In this document: piece after piece, positions 56,509 through 64,000 of the stretch
How positions within the stretch are numbered: position 1 is the stretch's first letter
Layout of the letters: every line of letters begins with the position of its first letter
Assembly (NCBI RefSeq): GCF_947499265.1
Contig: NZ_CANMNK010000005.1
Span: forward strand, 244,173 to 308,172
Reading direction: 5' to 3'
Origin: an uncultured Roseobacter sp.
GTDB taxonomy: Bacteria > Pseudomonadota > Alphaproteobacteria > Rhodobacterales > Rhodobacteraceae
DNA length: 64,000 nt
Notes under the pieces: generated by a model
Seen by the model: only the letters and a program-made list of their open reading frames with translations
Told to the model about the DNA's origin: nothing
The model's database searches: none
Made by a program: the position numbers and the translations under genes

Positions 56509-57354
56509 ATGACGATCCCTTTTAGACCTACCGAAACTGGTAATGCACCTATTGTCGCCCTGCATTCTTCTGCTTCAAGCAGCGGACAATGGCGGCAACT
56601 CGAAGCGGACCTCGAAGGCCGGTTTGAAGTGCTTGCATTTGACCTGCCCGGCTATGGTCGCGCGCCTTTGGCAAGTGACCCCTCTCGGACAGGTGCGGCA
56701 GGTTCTGCTGCCGCCGTCGTTCAGGAAATTGAGAAACTGGAGGGTGCTGTGCACCTCGTCGGTCACTCAAATGGCGGCGGCATTGCGATCAAGGTCGCGC
56801 TGATACGGCCCGACCTTGTCAAGAGCTTGACCGTCTACGAACCGGCTGCTTTTCACTTTCTGAAGCAGGGTAAGAATGCAAGCCAGCGCTTGTTTCAACA
56901 GATCCAAGGCATATCGGATCAGGTCGCGGCGGCTGCGGGGGAGGATGATGATGCAGCCGCCGCCGGGATGAAGCAATTTCTGGATTTCTGGAATGGCGAA
57001 GGGTTCTGGGACGGTCTCCCCGTTTCAGCCAGGCAAAGATTTGCGGGTCAGATCTCGTCGATCATGACCGATTTTTCCAACGGTTTCGCCGAAACCTGGG
57101 CGCTGAAGGATTTGTTCGGATTGGACATACCGACCTTGGTGATGACGGGGTTGGACTCTCCCGAAATCGCGCAACACGTCGCAATGGCTATTGCCAAAGC
57201 GCTTCCCAAAGCGCGTATCGCCCTCCTGCCGGAACTTGGGCATATGGCGCCGATCTTTCAGCCAGAATGGATCAATTCGAGAATTTTCGAACACGTGGCC
57301 ACCGTGGAACGGCCAATCGTGACCTGCAGTTGGCCAAGTCAGGAAGCTGCATAA
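56509..57354 (+). CDS. Alpha/beta hydrolase
   Basis: IVALHSSASSSGQW, nucleophile elbow VGHSNGG, C-terminal ELGHMAP. 281 aa. Confidence 0.85.
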   Translation: MTIPFRPTETGNAPIVALHSSASSSGQWRQLEADLEGRFEVLAFDLPGYGRAPLASDPSRTGAAGSAAAVVQEIEKLEGAVHLVGHSNGGGIAIKVALIRPDLVKSLTVYEPAAFHFLKQGKNASQRLFQQIQGISDQVAAAAGEDDDAAAAGMKQFLDFWNGEGFWDGLPVSARQRFAGQISSIMTDFSNGFAETWALKDLFGLDIPTLVMTGLDSPEIAQHVAMAIAKALPKARIALLPELGHMAPIFQPEWINSRIFEHVATVERPIVTCSWPSQEAA

Positions 57355-57433
57355 CCCGTTCGCATTCTTCGGATGCAACACTCCACGAAACTGCTGGCAT
57401 ATTTCCAGCATAACACCCAAAGGATTTGAAAAA

Positions 57434-58264
57434 ATGGGCATTCAAACATCTATCAATCATACGACCGATTACGCGGCCATCAAAGCGAAGCAAAATGTCG
57501 CCTGGGGGTCCGGGGACTACAGCAAAGTTGGCGTCACTCTTCAGATCACCGGTGAAGAGCTGGCCGAAGCCATGGATATGAAAGCGGACGCCAAGGTTCT
57601 GGATGTCGCCGCAGGGAATGGCAACGCGACCCTGGCCTTCGCCAGACGCTTTTGCAATGTCACCTCGACCGACTATGTCGAGGCCCTTTTGGAAGCCAGC
57701 AGCAGGCGCGCAGAAGCGGAAGGTCTGTTTGTCACCTATAAGGTCGCCGACGCGGAGAGCCTGCCATTTGAAGAACAGTCCTTTGACGCGGTCGTGTCCA
57801 CGTTCGGGGTGATGTTCACGCCCAACCAGCACCAATCAGCCGCAGAGCTGCAGCGCATTGTAAAAACAGGTGGCAAGATCGGCATGGCCAGTTGGACACC
57901 GGAAAGCTTCGTCGGTCAGCTGTTCAAGACCATTGGGAAACATGTTCCACCGCCGGCTGGTGTAAACTCACCGGCTGTGTGGGGGAACGGCGCGTGGCTC
58001 GAAGAGGCCTTCGGCGGCACCTGTGAAATCCTTTCGTTCCAGCGCAAGAACTTTATGCTCCGCTATCGCGATGCAGAGCACTTCCTGGACTACTTCCGCA
58101 CATTCTACGGCCCGATGCACAAGGCGTTCGAAGCACTTGATGCCAATGGGCAGGCGGCATTGCGCAGCGATGTTCTGGCGCTCGTCGAAAAGTTCGATGT
58201 CTCGACACATGAGTCCCTTTGCATCTCATCCGAATATGCCGAGGTCATTCTCGAACGTCTTTGA
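57434..58264 (+). CDS. Class I SAM-dependent methyltransferase
   Basis: VLDVAAGNGNATLAFARRF (motif I) and FDAVVSTFGVMF. 276 aa. Confidence 0.85.
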   Translation: MGIQTSINHTTDYAAIKAKQNVAWGSGDYSKVGVTLQITGEELAEAMDMKADAKVLDVAAGNGNATLAFARRFCNVTSTDYVEALLEASSRRAEAEGLFVTYKVADAESLPFEEQSFDAVVSTFGVMFTPNQHQSAAELQRIVKTGGKIGMASWTPESFVGQLFKTIGKHVPPPAGVNSPAVWGNGAWLEEAFGGTCEILSFQRKNFMLRYRDAEHFLDYFRTFYGPMHKAFEALDANGQAALRSDVLALVEKFDVSTHESLCISSEYAEVILERL

Positions 58265-58283
58265 GACACCGGAATGTGTCGTC

Positions 58284-58314
58284 GATGCCCTTCTGCCACC
58301 AGCTGAAGGGCATC
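58284..58314 (+). terminator. Strong hairpin immediately after the methyltransferase gene
   Basis: Perfect 10-bp arms GATGCCCTTC / GAAGGGCATC with an 11-nt loop, beginning 20 nt after the stop codon. No U-tract follows, so a terminator role is uncertain. Confidence 0.4.
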
Positions 58315-58420
58315 GGCCCACAACATGTAGTGGACAGGCTTGAATTGATCCAAAGAGAATTTGTAGTCTTCGGCAGAGGAGACCTCTCCTGATCTTGCTG
58401 TATTTGAAAAGGATTATTTG

Positions 58421-58780
58421 ATGGCCGAACGCACGCTCTATGAGAAGTACGGGGGATTTTCGAAAGTCAGCAAGATCGTGCTCTCTTTTTATGACACCCT
58501 TCTGGACAACGATGAGATCGGCCATTTTTTTGACGACGTGGATATGTCCCGCATCGTTGATCATCAGACCAAGTTCATCGCATCTCTCCTGGGTGGTCCG
58601 GCCGCTTACACAGACAAGCAGCTGCGCCAGTTGCATTCTCATCTTGACGTCAACGACGCCCATTTCGATGAGCTTGAAGCCGTGCTGCGCGGCACGCTGC
58701 TTGAGCACGGTATGGCACCCGAAGACGTTGAGATTGTCGTTACGGAATTTGGGAAACGCCGCCCCTTGATTGTTAGGTGA
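58421..58780 (+). CDS. Group I truncated haemoglobin (trHbN-like)
   Basis: TLYEKYGGFSKVSKIVLSFYDTLLDNDEIGHFF...DHQTKFIASLLGGPAAYT...LRQLHSHL matches the 2-on-2 globin pattern, with the proximal His in LHSHL. ATG 58421 is preferred over TTG 58418. Confidence 0.85.
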   Translation: MAERTLYEKYGGFSKVSKIVLSFYDTLLDNDEIGHFFDDVDMSRIVDHQTKFIASLLGGPAAYTDKQLRQLHSHLDVNDAHFDELEAVLRGTLLEHGMAPEDVEIVVTEFGKRRPLIVR

Positions 58781-58783
58781 TCT

Positions 58784-59806
58784 ATGAGCATTGAAGCCAT
58801 CAACGAGCAGCTGCTCCGCGCCATCGGTGTCGGTGTCGCGCTCTTGGACCGCCAGACGCTCCAGTTCGGTTTCCGCAATGACACGTTCAACGACTGGTTC
58901 AGCAACGAAGACCAGCCCGGCCAATTGCAGCTGCTCTTCCCCGAGTTGGACGTTGATGCGCTGCGAGAAAGCCTGACGAGTAATGGGCGATATACATCTG
59001 AAATCAGGTTCAAAAAGAAACGCAGAACGCTGGTCATCGCGCTCGACTTCACGGCCGCAGATGAGGATGTCCTTGTTCTTGTCTGCCAGAATATCACCCG
59101 CATTAAAGAGTTGGAATCCATGATTGATTCCTACTCAATGATGGTTGAAAGGAACACGCGTGAGATCAAACGGGAAAAAGAGCAGGTGGAAAAACTCTTG
59201 CTCAACATCATGCCCCGGTCCGTCTACGAAGAGTACAAGACCTTCGGTGTCGTCACCCCGCAATTGTATAATCCTGTATCTGTTCTGATGCTCGATTTTG
59301 TCGGGTTCACCGATATGGTGGCCTCGCAAGATCCCAGTGTGACCGTCACCGAACTGAACGATATCTACAGCGCGTTTGACCGTATTGGCGAGCAATTCGG
59401 CTGTGAACGCATCAAGACAATTGGGGATGCCTATATCACCGTCGCGGGCCTGCCTGATCCAACACCGGATCATGCAAAGGCGATTGCCAACACGGCCATC
59501 CGATTTGTGCGCTACCTGACGCGCCGCAACCTGAGCCATCCGCATCAGTGGCGGTGCCGTATCGGCCTGTCTTCCGGTTCTGTGGTTGGTTCGGTCGTGG
59601 GGATTCAGAAGTATGTCTACGACATTTTTGGACCTGCCGTTAATCTGGCATCCCGGCTGCAGGAGTTCTCTGAGCCAATGGAGATCAGTGTTCAGAACGA
59701 CGTAGCAGCTGTTCTCAAAGATCAGTTCGACCTTGAGAACCTGGGTCCAAGGGTGATCCGTGGGTTTAGTGAACAGGACGTCTGGCGGCTCACCGACAGC
59801 ACTTGA
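58784..59806 (+). CDS. PAS-like domain / class III adenylate-guanylate cyclase
   Basis: The C-terminal catalytic domain has VSVLMLDFVGFTDM...RIKTIGDAYITVAGLP...RIGLSSGSVVGSVVG...DIFGPAVNLASRL. The N-terminal ~110 aa are PAS-like, followed by a coiled-coil. AGGTGA RBS lies inside the end of the globin gene. Confidence 0.88.
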   Translation: MSIEAINEQLLRAIGVGVALLDRQTLQFGFRNDTFNDWFSNEDQPGQLQLLFPELDVDALRESLTSNGRYTSEIRFKKKRRTLVIALDFTAADEDVLVLVCQNITRIKELESMIDSYSMMVERNTREIKREKEQVEKLLLNIMPRSVYEEYKTFGVVTPQLYNPVSVLMLDFVGFTDMVASQDPSVTVTELNDIYSAFDRIGEQFGCERIKTIGDAYITVAGLPDPTPDHAKAIANTAIRFVRYLTRRNLSHPHQWRCRIGLSSGSVVGSVVGIQKYVYDIFGPAVNLASRLQEFSEPMEISVQNDVAAVLKDQFDLENLGPRVIRGFSEQDVWRLTDST

Positions 59807-59887
59807 GGTCGATGGATCCGACTTGGAGGCCAGACTGATCGGATTACCGCGCCAGGGCAAACGGCGGCTTCGCGGCGGTAGGTTGAT

Positions 59888-60328
59888 TTAAGTACCACGC
59901 ACCTCAGAGATGGACGTTTCGCCCAACCGTTGGACCAAGCTTTGTTCGATGTCCTCCAAAACGCTGGAGACGCGTTTGTGCAACGCATGCTCCACCGAGC
60001 ACGCTGGCGCATCGGTGTCCTCGCTGCTGGCAACAAGCCGTTCATCAAGGGCAAGGTAGACATCTGCCAGCGTGATCGCTTCTGGCACACGCGCCAAACG
60101 CCAGCCCCCCGCATGTCCCTTTTCGGACGTCAGCAGCCCCGCTTCCCGAAGTCGGCCCAAGACACGCCGCACAACAACCGGGTTTGTCCCCGCATGTTCG
60201 GCAATATCGGCAGAGGTCCGGATCTTTTCGGGATCGCCAGCCATATGGCTGAGAGTGTGTAGCGCCAAAGAAAGGCGACTGTTTCGCTTCAAGGTATTTC
60301 TCCGCTCATTCTTTGCTTCACGTAACAT
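59888..60328 (-). CDS. Rrf2-family transcriptional regulator
   Basis: SRLSLALHTLSHMAGDPEKIRTSADIAEHAGTNPVVVRRVLGRLREAGLL is the winged HTH. Only one Cys falls in the region where NsrR/IscR types carry three. The exact start is uncertain. Confidence 0.85.
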   Translation of the reverse strand: MLREAKNERRNTLKRNSRLSLALHTLSHMAGDPEKIRTSADIAEHAGTNPVVVRRVLGRLREAGLLTSEKGHAGGWRLARVPEAITLADVYLALDERLVASSEDTDAPACSVEHALHKRVSSVLEDIEQSLVQRLGETSISEVRGT

Positions 60329-60397
60329 TTTTTGTTGCGTGCATCTAGTAACTCCAGTAGTTGCGTGAAGATATTCACCCTACTTTTGGCAAATAGC

Positions 60398-60682
60398 ATG
60401 TCTCCACAATACAGCCGCAATCTGGGACAAACGAGCCTTCGCAACAAGCGCCGCACCGGAGACCCGATGCAAGCCTATGACGCCTTGCCAACACCACTGC
60501 GTCGCTGGCTTTGTCAAGCCGCATTGCCTTGGTCACCTGTATCGGCCCGGAAAATCTGGCGCCGCGCGCAGGCGAAGGGTCTGAGCACAGACGAAGCGCT
60601 TGCCTTGTTGCGACGGGCCGAAATCCATACACTCGCCCGCGATAAGCGCGCGATCCGCCAGCCAATTCATCCCACAGAATGA
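60398..60682 (+). CDS. Small conserved hypothetical protein (DUF6525-like)
   Basis: 94 aa from ATG 60398. ...MQAYDALPTPLRRWLCQAALPWSPVSARKIW... resembles a small family I recall from Rhodobacterales. This is unverified. Confidence 0.5.
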   Translation: MSPQYSRNLGQTSLRNKRRTGDPMQAYDALPTPLRRWLCQAALPWSPVSARKIWRRAQAKGLSTDEALALLRRAEIHTLARDKRAIRQPIHPTE

Positions 60683-60691
60683 GGAACTTCC

Positions 60692-62215
60692 ATGTCGTTC
60701 ATGACACGGCTCGCTGCTGCTGCCTTGCTTTCCCTATCAACAGCTCTGCCCCTTGCGGCACAGGAGGGGAGCCTGACAATCTCTGTTGGCTCCGGTCCGA
60801 CGGCGGAAGTGCCCGACCCGCGGGCAGGATACAACGGTTGGATGTCGAACCAGACCGGGGTGACAGAGACGCTGATGGGCATCGACTACGAGTTGAACCT
60901 CTATCCGCGTTTAGCTGAAGGGCTCGAGCAAACCGCGCCGAACACATGGCACGTGACATTGCGCGAAGGGCTTCAGTTCCACGACGGCGCGCCGGTGACG
61001 GCGCAGGCTGTCGTGGATGCGATTGCGCCGATATCGGATGACACCCACGCCGGGCACAATGCCCGCATTGAAAACCTGCTCGATCTGAAATCGATATCGG
61101 CAGAGGGCGACGTCACTGTTGTGTTTGAGACGAACACTCCCAACGCCGCGTTCCCCTGGACGCTTGCAGAGCCCGGCATTGCCATTCTCGGTGCGGCGTC
61201 CGAGGACTTCCCGATCAACGCCACCGGTCCTTTCATTTTTCGGGAAGCCATCCCCGAACAGCTTTACCGTGTTGAAGCAAACGCTGACTATCGCCTTGGC
61301 ACGCCGGGCCTGAGCGAGGTGCGCGTTATTGGCATCCCTGATCCTGGTGCAGCGGCGCTGGCCTTTGAGGCAGGTGAGGTCGATATGGTGATCAACTATC
61401 CTGAAACGGATTTTGCGCGCATTCAGGACACCGGCGCATTGGGGTTCTCTGCGCCGACGGCGCGGCTCTATTTTTTCACGGTGAATGCAGCCAGCGGCCC
61501 GATGGCAAACCCGTTGATCCGGCGCGCCATCTCGGCCGCGATTGACCGGCAGGGCATTGTGGACGCCGCCCTTTCGGGCGTTGGCGGCGTGCCCGCGGGC
61601 ACCGTCTATCCCGCTGGGATGGGATGGGCTGCAGACATCGATCCGGTCTATGATCCGGCTCTGGCCGAACAGTTACTGGCAGAGGCCGGCGCAACCAAGG
61701 CGGGCGGTATCTGGATGCTGGATGACGCACCGCTGGAAATCGACATCGTGACCTACTCTTCCCGTGCCGCATTGCCGCCGACGGCGGAATTGACGCAAGC
61801 CTTCCTGCAGGCCATTGGCGTCACGGCGACCGTGCGCGTGGGCGAATACGGCGCGAGCAACGACGCGATCGCGGATGGCACAGCCGATTTGTTCCTGCAG
61901 GCTTGGGTGACAACGCCCCAGGGTGATCCTGCCGCAGTTCTGGAGGCGCTGTTGAAATCCACAGGTGGATCAAACGCGGGTGGCTACAATAACCCCGAAC
62001 TGGATCAATTGCTCGCGGAGGGCCGCACGACCTTTGACAAGGCGGGCCGCGAAGCCATTTATGACCAGGTGCAGCAGATCATCGCGGCAGAGGCTGCCAT
62101 GATCCCGGTCTTTCACGTGAGCCAGACCAATGTCGCGCGGGCGGGCCTCACTGGCTATGCCGTGCACCCGACCGAGACCTATTGGATCACCCATGAGACT
62201 GCCTTGACCGAATGA
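60692..62215 (+). CDS. ABC transporter substrate-binding protein, family 5 (peptide/nickel type)
   Basis: Signal peptide MSFMTRLAAAALLSLSTALPLAAQ. 507 aa. Typical family-5 blocks (TWHVTLREGLQFHDGAPVTAQAV; GPFIF). Confidence 0.85.
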   Translation: MSFMTRLAAAALLSLSTALPLAAQEGSLTISVGSGPTAEVPDPRAGYNGWMSNQTGVTETLMGIDYELNLYPRLAEGLEQTAPNTWHVTLREGLQFHDGAPVTAQAVVDAIAPISDDTHAGHNARIENLLDLKSISAEGDVTVVFETNTPNAAFPWTLAEPGIAILGAASEDFPINATGPFIFREAIPEQLYRVEANADYRLGTPGLSEVRVIGIPDPGAAALAFEAGEVDMVINYPETDFARIQDTGALGFSAPTARLYFFTVNAASGPMANPLIRRAISAAIDRQGIVDAALSGVGGVPAGTVYPAGMGWAADIDPVYDPALAEQLLAEAGATKAGGIWMLDDAPLEIDIVTYSSRAALPPTAELTQAFLQAIGVTATVRVGEYGASNDAIADGTADLFLQAWVTTPQGDPAAVLEALLKSTGGSNAGGYNNPELDQLLAEGRTTFDKAGREAIYDQVQQIIAAEAAMIPVFHVSQTNVARAGLTGYAVHPTETYWITHETALTE

Positions 62216-62895
62216 CCATCTCCGTGACCGGCCTGAGCGCAACCCGCTCGGGCCGAACCATTCTGCATTCCACGAATATGGAGATCACGCCCGGCGAACG
62301 CGTCGGGCTTGTTGGCGCATCGGGGTCTGGCAAATCGACATTAGGCCACGCGCTGGTGGACACTCTGCGCGCGCAGGGTCAAAGCGTCGCGCATGTCCCG
62401 CAAAGCCCTGATGAGGCGCTCGATCCGATGCGATCCATGGCGTTTCATTGGCGCGAGGCGGAGGGCGCGCTGGACCTCCCAGCCGATAACTCCCGCCAAC
62501 AAGGGCTCTTTTCCGCGCTACAGATCGAAGGCGGTGACCTGCGTAAACGCCCCTGGGGATGGAGCCGGGGGATGCAGCAGCGTTTTGTCATCGCTATGGC
62601 CCTCATCGGAACGCCAGACCTGTTGGTCATGGACGAGCCCACATCGGCGCTGGACCCTGTGGTGGCCGCGGGCACGATGGATCTGCTTGACGCTTATCTA
62701 CCCAGTCGCAAGACGGCTTTGCTGCTGATTACGCATGATCTGGGCCTCGCCGCACTGCGTGTGAAGCGCCTGATGGTTATGGAGGCTGGTCGCATTGTGG
62801 AGGACGCGCCCACGGCGCAGGTCTTGTCTGCACCCAGGACCCAAGCGGCCAAGGCGCTTTGCGCCCATCGCAACTGGCTGGAACTGCCATGCTGA
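62212..62895 (+). CDS. ABC transporter ATP-binding protein
   Basis: Walker A GASGSGKST and Walker B LLVMDEPTSALD. The signature motif is degenerate (WSRGMQQR). Confidence 0.85.
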   Translation: MTISVTGLSATRSGRTILHSTNMEITPGERVGLVGASGSGKSTLGHALVDTLRAQGQSVAHVPQSPDEALDPMRSMAFHWREAEGALDLPADNSRQQGLFSALQIEGGDLRKRPWGWSRGMQQRFVIAMALIGTPDLLVMDEPTSALDPVVAAGTMDLLDAYLPSRKTALLLITHDLGLAALRVKRLMVMEAGRIVEDAPTAQVLSAPRTQAAKALCAHRNWLELPC

Positions 62896-63614
62896 GTGTT
62901 GATCGGGTCTCTGTCCGGCGCGGCGCGAACATGGTCCTAGAGGATGTGTCCCTGTCGCTTGCACCGTCGCGAACGCTTGCGGTCGTCGGCGAGAGCGGGG
63001 CGGGAAAATCCACGGTGATCAACGCGGTCCTCGGGTTGGTCCCATGCGCCTCTGGCCAGATCACGTGGAACAATGCGCCCGTAGGCCTCAGTCGGCCGGC
63101 TCTTGTCATGCAAGAACCACGTGGTGCGTTCAATCCGCGTATGTCACTTCGCCTTTCCGTGATGGAGCCTGTGACAGCACGGGGGCGGGCAATAGACCAA
63201 AGCAGGCTCGACAGGCTTTGCAACGGGTTGGAGATTGCGCCGGACGTGCTCGACCGTCGTCCGACCGAAGTCTCCATCGGTCAGGCGCAACGCGCTGGCA
63301 TTCTGCGCGCTCTGATCGCCGCCCCGCCTCTTGTTCTGTTTGACGAACCACTCTCGGCGCTGGACGCAGTCACGCAAAAGCATACCGCCCGCCTGATCGC
63401 CCAGATGCAGCTTGAGGAAGGGTTCGCAGCGCTGATCGTGACCCATGATCTGGGCTATGCCGCTGCCTTCGCGGACGACATCGCGGTGCTGCGGGCGGGG
63501 CGGATCGAAGAGGTGACCGCATCGAAAGCCTTTGTCGAGGCGCCTCAATCCAACTACGGCCAGATCTTGCGCGATGCGGCCTTCGCGCTTGGCGCCCTGG
63601 AACGTGTGGCGTGA
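62889..63614 (+). CDS. ABC transporter ATP-binding protein
   Basis: Walker A GESGAGKST and Walker B LVLFDEPLSALD. The signature reads VSIGQAQR. The start at ATG 62889 overlaps the upstream stop. Confidence 0.85.
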   Translation: MLSVDRVSVRRGANMVLEDVSLSLAPSRTLAVVGESGAGKSTVINAVLGLVPCASGQITWNNAPVGLSRPALVMQEPRGAFNPRMSLRLSVMEPVTARGRAIDQSRLDRLCNGLEIAPDVLDRRPTEVSIGQAQRAGILRALIAAPPLVLFDEPLSALDAVTQKHTARLIAQMQLEEGFAALIVTHDLGYAAAFADDIAVLRAGRIEEVTASKAFVEAPQSNYGQILRDAAFALGALERVA

Positions 63615-64000
63615 TCCGACTTATCGCGACCCTTTTCCTGCGTGCTGCTGTCGTGCTGGCAGGGGCGGCGCTGGCAACCTTTGCGCTGCTCTGGCACGCG
63701 CCCGGTGATCCGGCGCTGGCCATTGCGCTGGCCCGCTACGATGCGGTCGTCCCATCCGAGGTGGTCGATCTGGTCCGCACAAATGCTGGTTTGGACGCGG
63801 GGTTTTGGAAGGCGTTCCAAGCATGGATCGGTCCCTTGTTGGTTGGCGATTTTGGTAAATCGGCGGTGACCGGACGCGATGTCTGGCCAGAGCTTTTGAG
63901 CGCCATGTCTTATACCGTGCCGCTGGCCCTTGCGGGCTTGCTGATCGGCGTCAGTCTGTCCGTCCCGTTGGCCCTCCTGGCGACACGGCACCCCGGCGGT
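63611..64000 (+). CDS. ABC transporter permease (DppB/OppB-like), N-terminal part; runs off the right edge
   Basis: My translation from GTG 63611 (GTGA overlap): VIRLIATLFLRAAVVLAGAALATFALLWHAPGDPALAIA...GDFGKSAVTGRDVWPELL..., the typical N-terminus of binding-protein-dependent permeases. Confidence 0.75.
   Translation, partial: MIRLIATLFLRAAVVLAGAALATFALLWHAPGDPALAIALARYDAVVPSEVVDLVRTNAGLDAGFWKAFQAWIGPLLVGDFGKSAVTGRDVWPELLSAMSYTVPLALAGLLIGVSLSVPLALLATRHPGG

Noticed and set aside
1-64000. CRISPR arrays, rRNA genes, insertion sequences, prophage genes, toxin-antitoxin pairs and known anti-phage defence gene signatures.
   Set aside because: Scanning intergenic regions and ORF translations showed no regularly spaced repeats, no transposase, integrase or phage structural motifs, and no recognisable defence-system domains. 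The absence rests on visual inspection only.

Overview
This is a high-GC bacterial chromosome segment, roughly 60-65% GC by eye (not computed). The gene content and the CTTG-N16/17-CTATAA-type promoters look alphaproteobacterial, probably Rhodobacteraceae/roseobacter-like. That placement comes from memory of protein families; no search was run. I can support about 66 protein-coding genes, one tRNA and one pseudogene. I see no rRNA, CRISPR array, transposase or integrase. Positions 1-43.5 kb are core housekeeping and metabolism: ispE (partial), a TPR protein, ETF-ubiquinone oxidoreductase, a soxR/VOC divergent pair, greA, a translationally coupled molybdenum-cofactor operon (fdhD-mobA-mobB-moeA, the last with an extra N-terminal domain), azlCD, an acyl-CoA dehydrogenase/MBL operon, tsaC/sua5, an RND pump pair, moaB, family-4 UDG, pyrB plus a degenerate pyrC-like gene, plsY, a solitary ectC-like gene, a DMGDH-like enzyme, ggt and several oxidoreductases. 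After tRNA-Gln (43502-43576) the composition looks lower in GC in places and the content becomes accessory, up to about 60.4 kb. This stretch holds a nonsense-interrupted SnoaL-like gene, a LysR regulator, an ACT protein and a tightly overlapping five-gene operon (GNAT-like, ThiF/E1-like, polytopic membrane protein, large GNAT-family protein, tandem nitroreductase-like protein). It also holds a di-heme cytochrome c, a hybrid histidine kinase with an OmpR-type regulator and a heptamer-repeat intergenic region, a truncated-globin/PAS-cyclase operon and an Rrf2 regulator. The window ends in a peptide/nickel-type ABC transporter. The five-gene ThiF-centred operon (46311-51387) is my best candidate for an undescribed system. 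Its function is inferred only from domain signatures and gene arrangement.
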